From assembly GCA_013375475.1 (NCBI GenBank), contig JABXKD010000032.1, forward strand, positions 1-39,422: DNA of 39,422 nucleotides. Reading direction: 5' to 3'. Under the pieces are notes generated by a model. That model was given only the letters and a program-made list of their open reading frames with translations, did not search any database and had not been told where the DNA came from. The DNA comes from Promethearchaeota archaeon (GTDB lineage Archaea; Asgardarchaeota; Lokiarchaeia; Sigyniarchaeales; SOKP01). This document shows, one piece after another, positions 37,104 to 39,422 of the stretch. The translations under genes and the position numbers were made by a program. Every line of letters starts with the position of its first letter. Position 1 is the stretch's first letter.

Positions 37104-38585
37104 TTAAGTAGGATTATCATCCTTCTTCTTTTCTTCAATCTTCTCAATTTCGCTTTCGATTTTCGAACCGATACCCTTTATATCGGGTTTAAGATGAACT
37201 CTTTCTAAATCTCGTTCTTTTTGCTTTTCTATAATGAAGGCTTTTTCACCAATGATTTTTTCGATGGCTTCACTAGATTTCTCGAGTTCAGGCTTTATCT
37301 CCATTCTTTTCTTGTCCATTTCTCTCTGTTTTTCAATTCTAAACGCTTTTTCATCAATTGTTGATTTTATTGCTTGGCTTGCTCTTTCTAAATCGGGTTT
37401 GACTTCCATCCGTCTAGAATCGTCATCCCGTTGTTTATCTCGTAAAAATGCTTTTTCTTCTATTGAATGACTTATTTTCTCTGCTGTTTTTTCAATATCT
37501 GGTTTTAATTCCCTTTTTTTTTCATAAATTTCACGTTGTTTTTCAACTCTGAACGCTTTTTCAGCAACGGTAGTATTAATTGCAGTGCTAGCTTTTAAAA
37601 AATCTGGTTTAATCTCCATTCGCTTGAGATCTTTCTCTCGTTGTGTTTCCCTCATAAAGGCTTTTTCACTAATAGTTTGAGAAATACTTTCTCCTGTTTT
37701 GCTTATATCCGGTTTTAATTCTTTTATTTTTTTGTCCTTATCTTTTTGCAGGTCGATTCTAAATGCTTTTTCATCAATGGTTGCTTTAATAGCCTGGCTT
37801 TTTCCAGCTATATCTGGACGTAACCCTAATTTCTTCTCTTCTAATTCTTTCCTTTTCTCCATTCTGAACGCTTTTTCTGCTACTGTTTTATTGATTGCTT
37901 CTCCTGTTTTCATAAAATCTGGACTTATCCTCATTCTTTCGAGATCGCTTTCTCTTTGTTTTTCCCTTAGAAATGATTTCTCCTCAATAGATTTACTTAT
38001 TGCTTCACTGGCGCTTTGAATATCTGGTTTTAATTCATGCATACTTGCAGTACTATCTTTCTTTTTTTCAATCAAAAATGCTTTTGTGTCAATGTTATCA
38101 CTAATAGCTTGTCCAGTGCTCTCAATATCGGGCTTTAATTTTAATCTTTGCGCATCTGTTTCTCTTTTTTTTTCAATTAGAAATGCTTTATCCTCAATGA
38201 TTTTACTAATTACTTCTCCTACACCTTTAATATCTGGAGTTATATATCTCCTAATTTGATCTTCTTCTTTATGTTTAGCTATTATAAATGCTTTTTCGCT
38301 AATAGATTTCTCAATAGCTTCCCCCGTTTTTTCAATATCGGGTTTTATTTCCATTCTCTCTATATCTCGCTCTCGTTGTTTCTCTCTCATGAAACTTTTT
38401 TCAGAGATTAATGAAGAAATCATAGCTTTGCTTTCTTCGAAAGAGGCCTTTCGTTCTTCCTCGAAACTTTTTAAGTAATTTTCTCTGTCTTCCTTTTCTT
38501 TCTTAAAAAGGTCATCAACAATCTTCTTTTGCTTTTCTATTTCTTCGGGAGTTAATGGTTTTTCGTTTTCTTCCAATTTTCTCAC
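37104..38585 (-). CDS. Highly charged tandem-repeat protein (12 x 35 aa)
   Basis: Residues 62-481 divide exactly into 12 units, consensus EKAFxxEKQRExDxxRMEIKPDIEKTGEAIxxxIx. Confidence 0.88.
   Translation of the reverse strand: MRKLEENEKPLTPEEIEKQKKIVDDLFKKEKEDRENYLKSFEEERKASFEESKAMISSLISEKSFMREKQRERDIERMEIKPDIEKTGEAIEKSISEKAFIIAKHKEEDQIRRYITPDIKGVGEVISKIIEDKAFLIEKKRETDAQRLKLKPDIESTGQAISDNIDTKAFLIEKKKDSTASMHELKPDIQSASEAISKSIEEKSFLREKQRESDLERMRISPDFMKTGEAINKTVAEKAFRMEKRKELEEKKLGLRPDIAGKSQAIKATIDEKAFRIDLQKDKDKKIKELKPDISKTGESISQTISEKAFMRETQREKDLKRMEIKPDFLKASTAINTTVAEKAFRVEKQREIYEKKRELKPDIEKTAEKISHSIEEKAFLRDKQRDDDSRRMEVKPDLERASQAIKSTIDEKAFRIEKQREMDKKRMEIKPELEKSSEAIEKIIGEKAFIIEKQKERDLERVHLKPDIKGIGSKIESEIEKIEEKKKDDNPT
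37143..38402 (-). repeat. Twelve 105-bp (35-codon) diverged coding repeats
   Basis: Every unit carries (E/D/T)K(A/S)F and P(D/E) at fixed spacing, with no indels. Confidence 0.9.
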
Positions 38586-38753
38586 TTAAAGAGTTAATTA
38601 AAATCTTTTTAAATATAATATCAAAATTTGTATTTAATAATTTACTTATCTAAGATTTAATAGATTTCAATATTTCAAATGTCCAAATTACTACGATTTT
38701 GAAAAACAGAGAACTTTGGAGAGGAACAACAATCAAATATTCGAACAAGAGAG

Positions 38754-39386
38754 TTAATTTATTGGAATAGGTTCAAATGAATCGTCTGATATCGATTCCA
38801 TTAAACTAATCATCGTAAGCCTCATCGAAAACATTTCCATCACTTCGGTCAAGAGTTTTAAGTAAACTTCGGAATTTTTGACAATTTTAAAACTACTTGC
38901 TAAAAATTCATATTCTTTTTTCAATTCAGTTTTAATTTTATTTTGATTATTTAACGTAATTGCTTGAGTCTTCAGCCATTTATCAATGTTCGCCTTAATT
39001 TCACTTTCAACATCATCAACAAGGGAATAAGAGATTTCTTCTTCCTTAATGTTTTTTGCCCTATCAAGATAAGCACTATTTTGATACATTGGTTTAAGGA
39101 GTAGCCCTAAATTTATTATTATGGGTTGAATTTGAAGTTTTTCAAATGAATCAGATAAAACTTTTAGAATTTGCCTTTTCTGCGTTAATTGAGCGTAATC
39201 GATATACTCTTGAACAAATCTCATTAAAGCATTTTTGATTAGGAGCTCTTTAAAATCACTTACGGAATCCAATCCGAAATCTAAAGTAGTATCAATGCAA
39301 TTGTATACAGAATTCATGAATGGTTTAACATTCTTAAAAATCGAAAAGTAATTGATAAATTGAGTAATTTTACTTAGGATTTCCAT
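38754..39386 (-). CDS. Hypothetical protein (predicted alpha-helical)
   Basis: 210-aa ORF, no recognised motif. Confidence 0.65.
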   Translation of the reverse strand: MEILSKITQFINYFSIFKNVKPFMNSVYNCIDTTLDFGLDSVSDFKELLIKNALMRFVQEYIDYAQLTQKRQILKVLSDSFEKLQIQPIIINLGLLLKPMYQNSAYLDRAKNIKEEEISYSLVDDVESEIKANIDKWLKTQAITLNNQNKIKTELKKEYEFLASSFKIVKNSEVYLKLLTEVMEMFSMRLTMISLMESISDDSFEPIPIN

Positions 39387-39422
39387 CTTAAGATTATCTG
39401 GTTCAAATAGGGCGTCGATCTT

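Noticed and set aside
37104-38585. PPR/TPR assignment or CRISPR-like array for the 105-bp repeats
   Set aside because: Lacks the PPR/TPR hydrophobic and small-residue pattern; repeats are diverged at DNA level, coding, and have no spacers

Overview
AT-rich archaeal chromosomal segment, very probably from an Asgard archaeon (Lokiarchaeia-like). The evidence is four Rab-like small GTPases, longin-like and V4R proteins, archaeal TBP, CDC48, PSTK, deoxyhypusine synthase, a tetraether synthase (Tes/GDGT-MAS) homologue and a reductive-dehalogenase-like protein. About 38 CDSs are present, mostly housekeeping or metabolic. I found no rRNA, tRNA, CRISPR array or transposase. The most interesting signals are: (1) a 493-aa protein made of twelve exact 35-aa charged repeats with nebulin-like period and motif spacing, a candidate actin-filament binder; (2) two independent Rab-like GTPase / V4R (Bet3/TRAPP-related) gene pairings, one with a CGPC thioredoxin in between; (3) three genes whose N-termini appear to begin at non-canonical codons (ATA, TTA, TTT), each exactly 6 nt after a GTGA/GGTGA Shine-Dalgarno core; (4) an orphan GC-rich 115-nt structured element upstream of tes. 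All family calls come from motif recognition by eye, not database searches.
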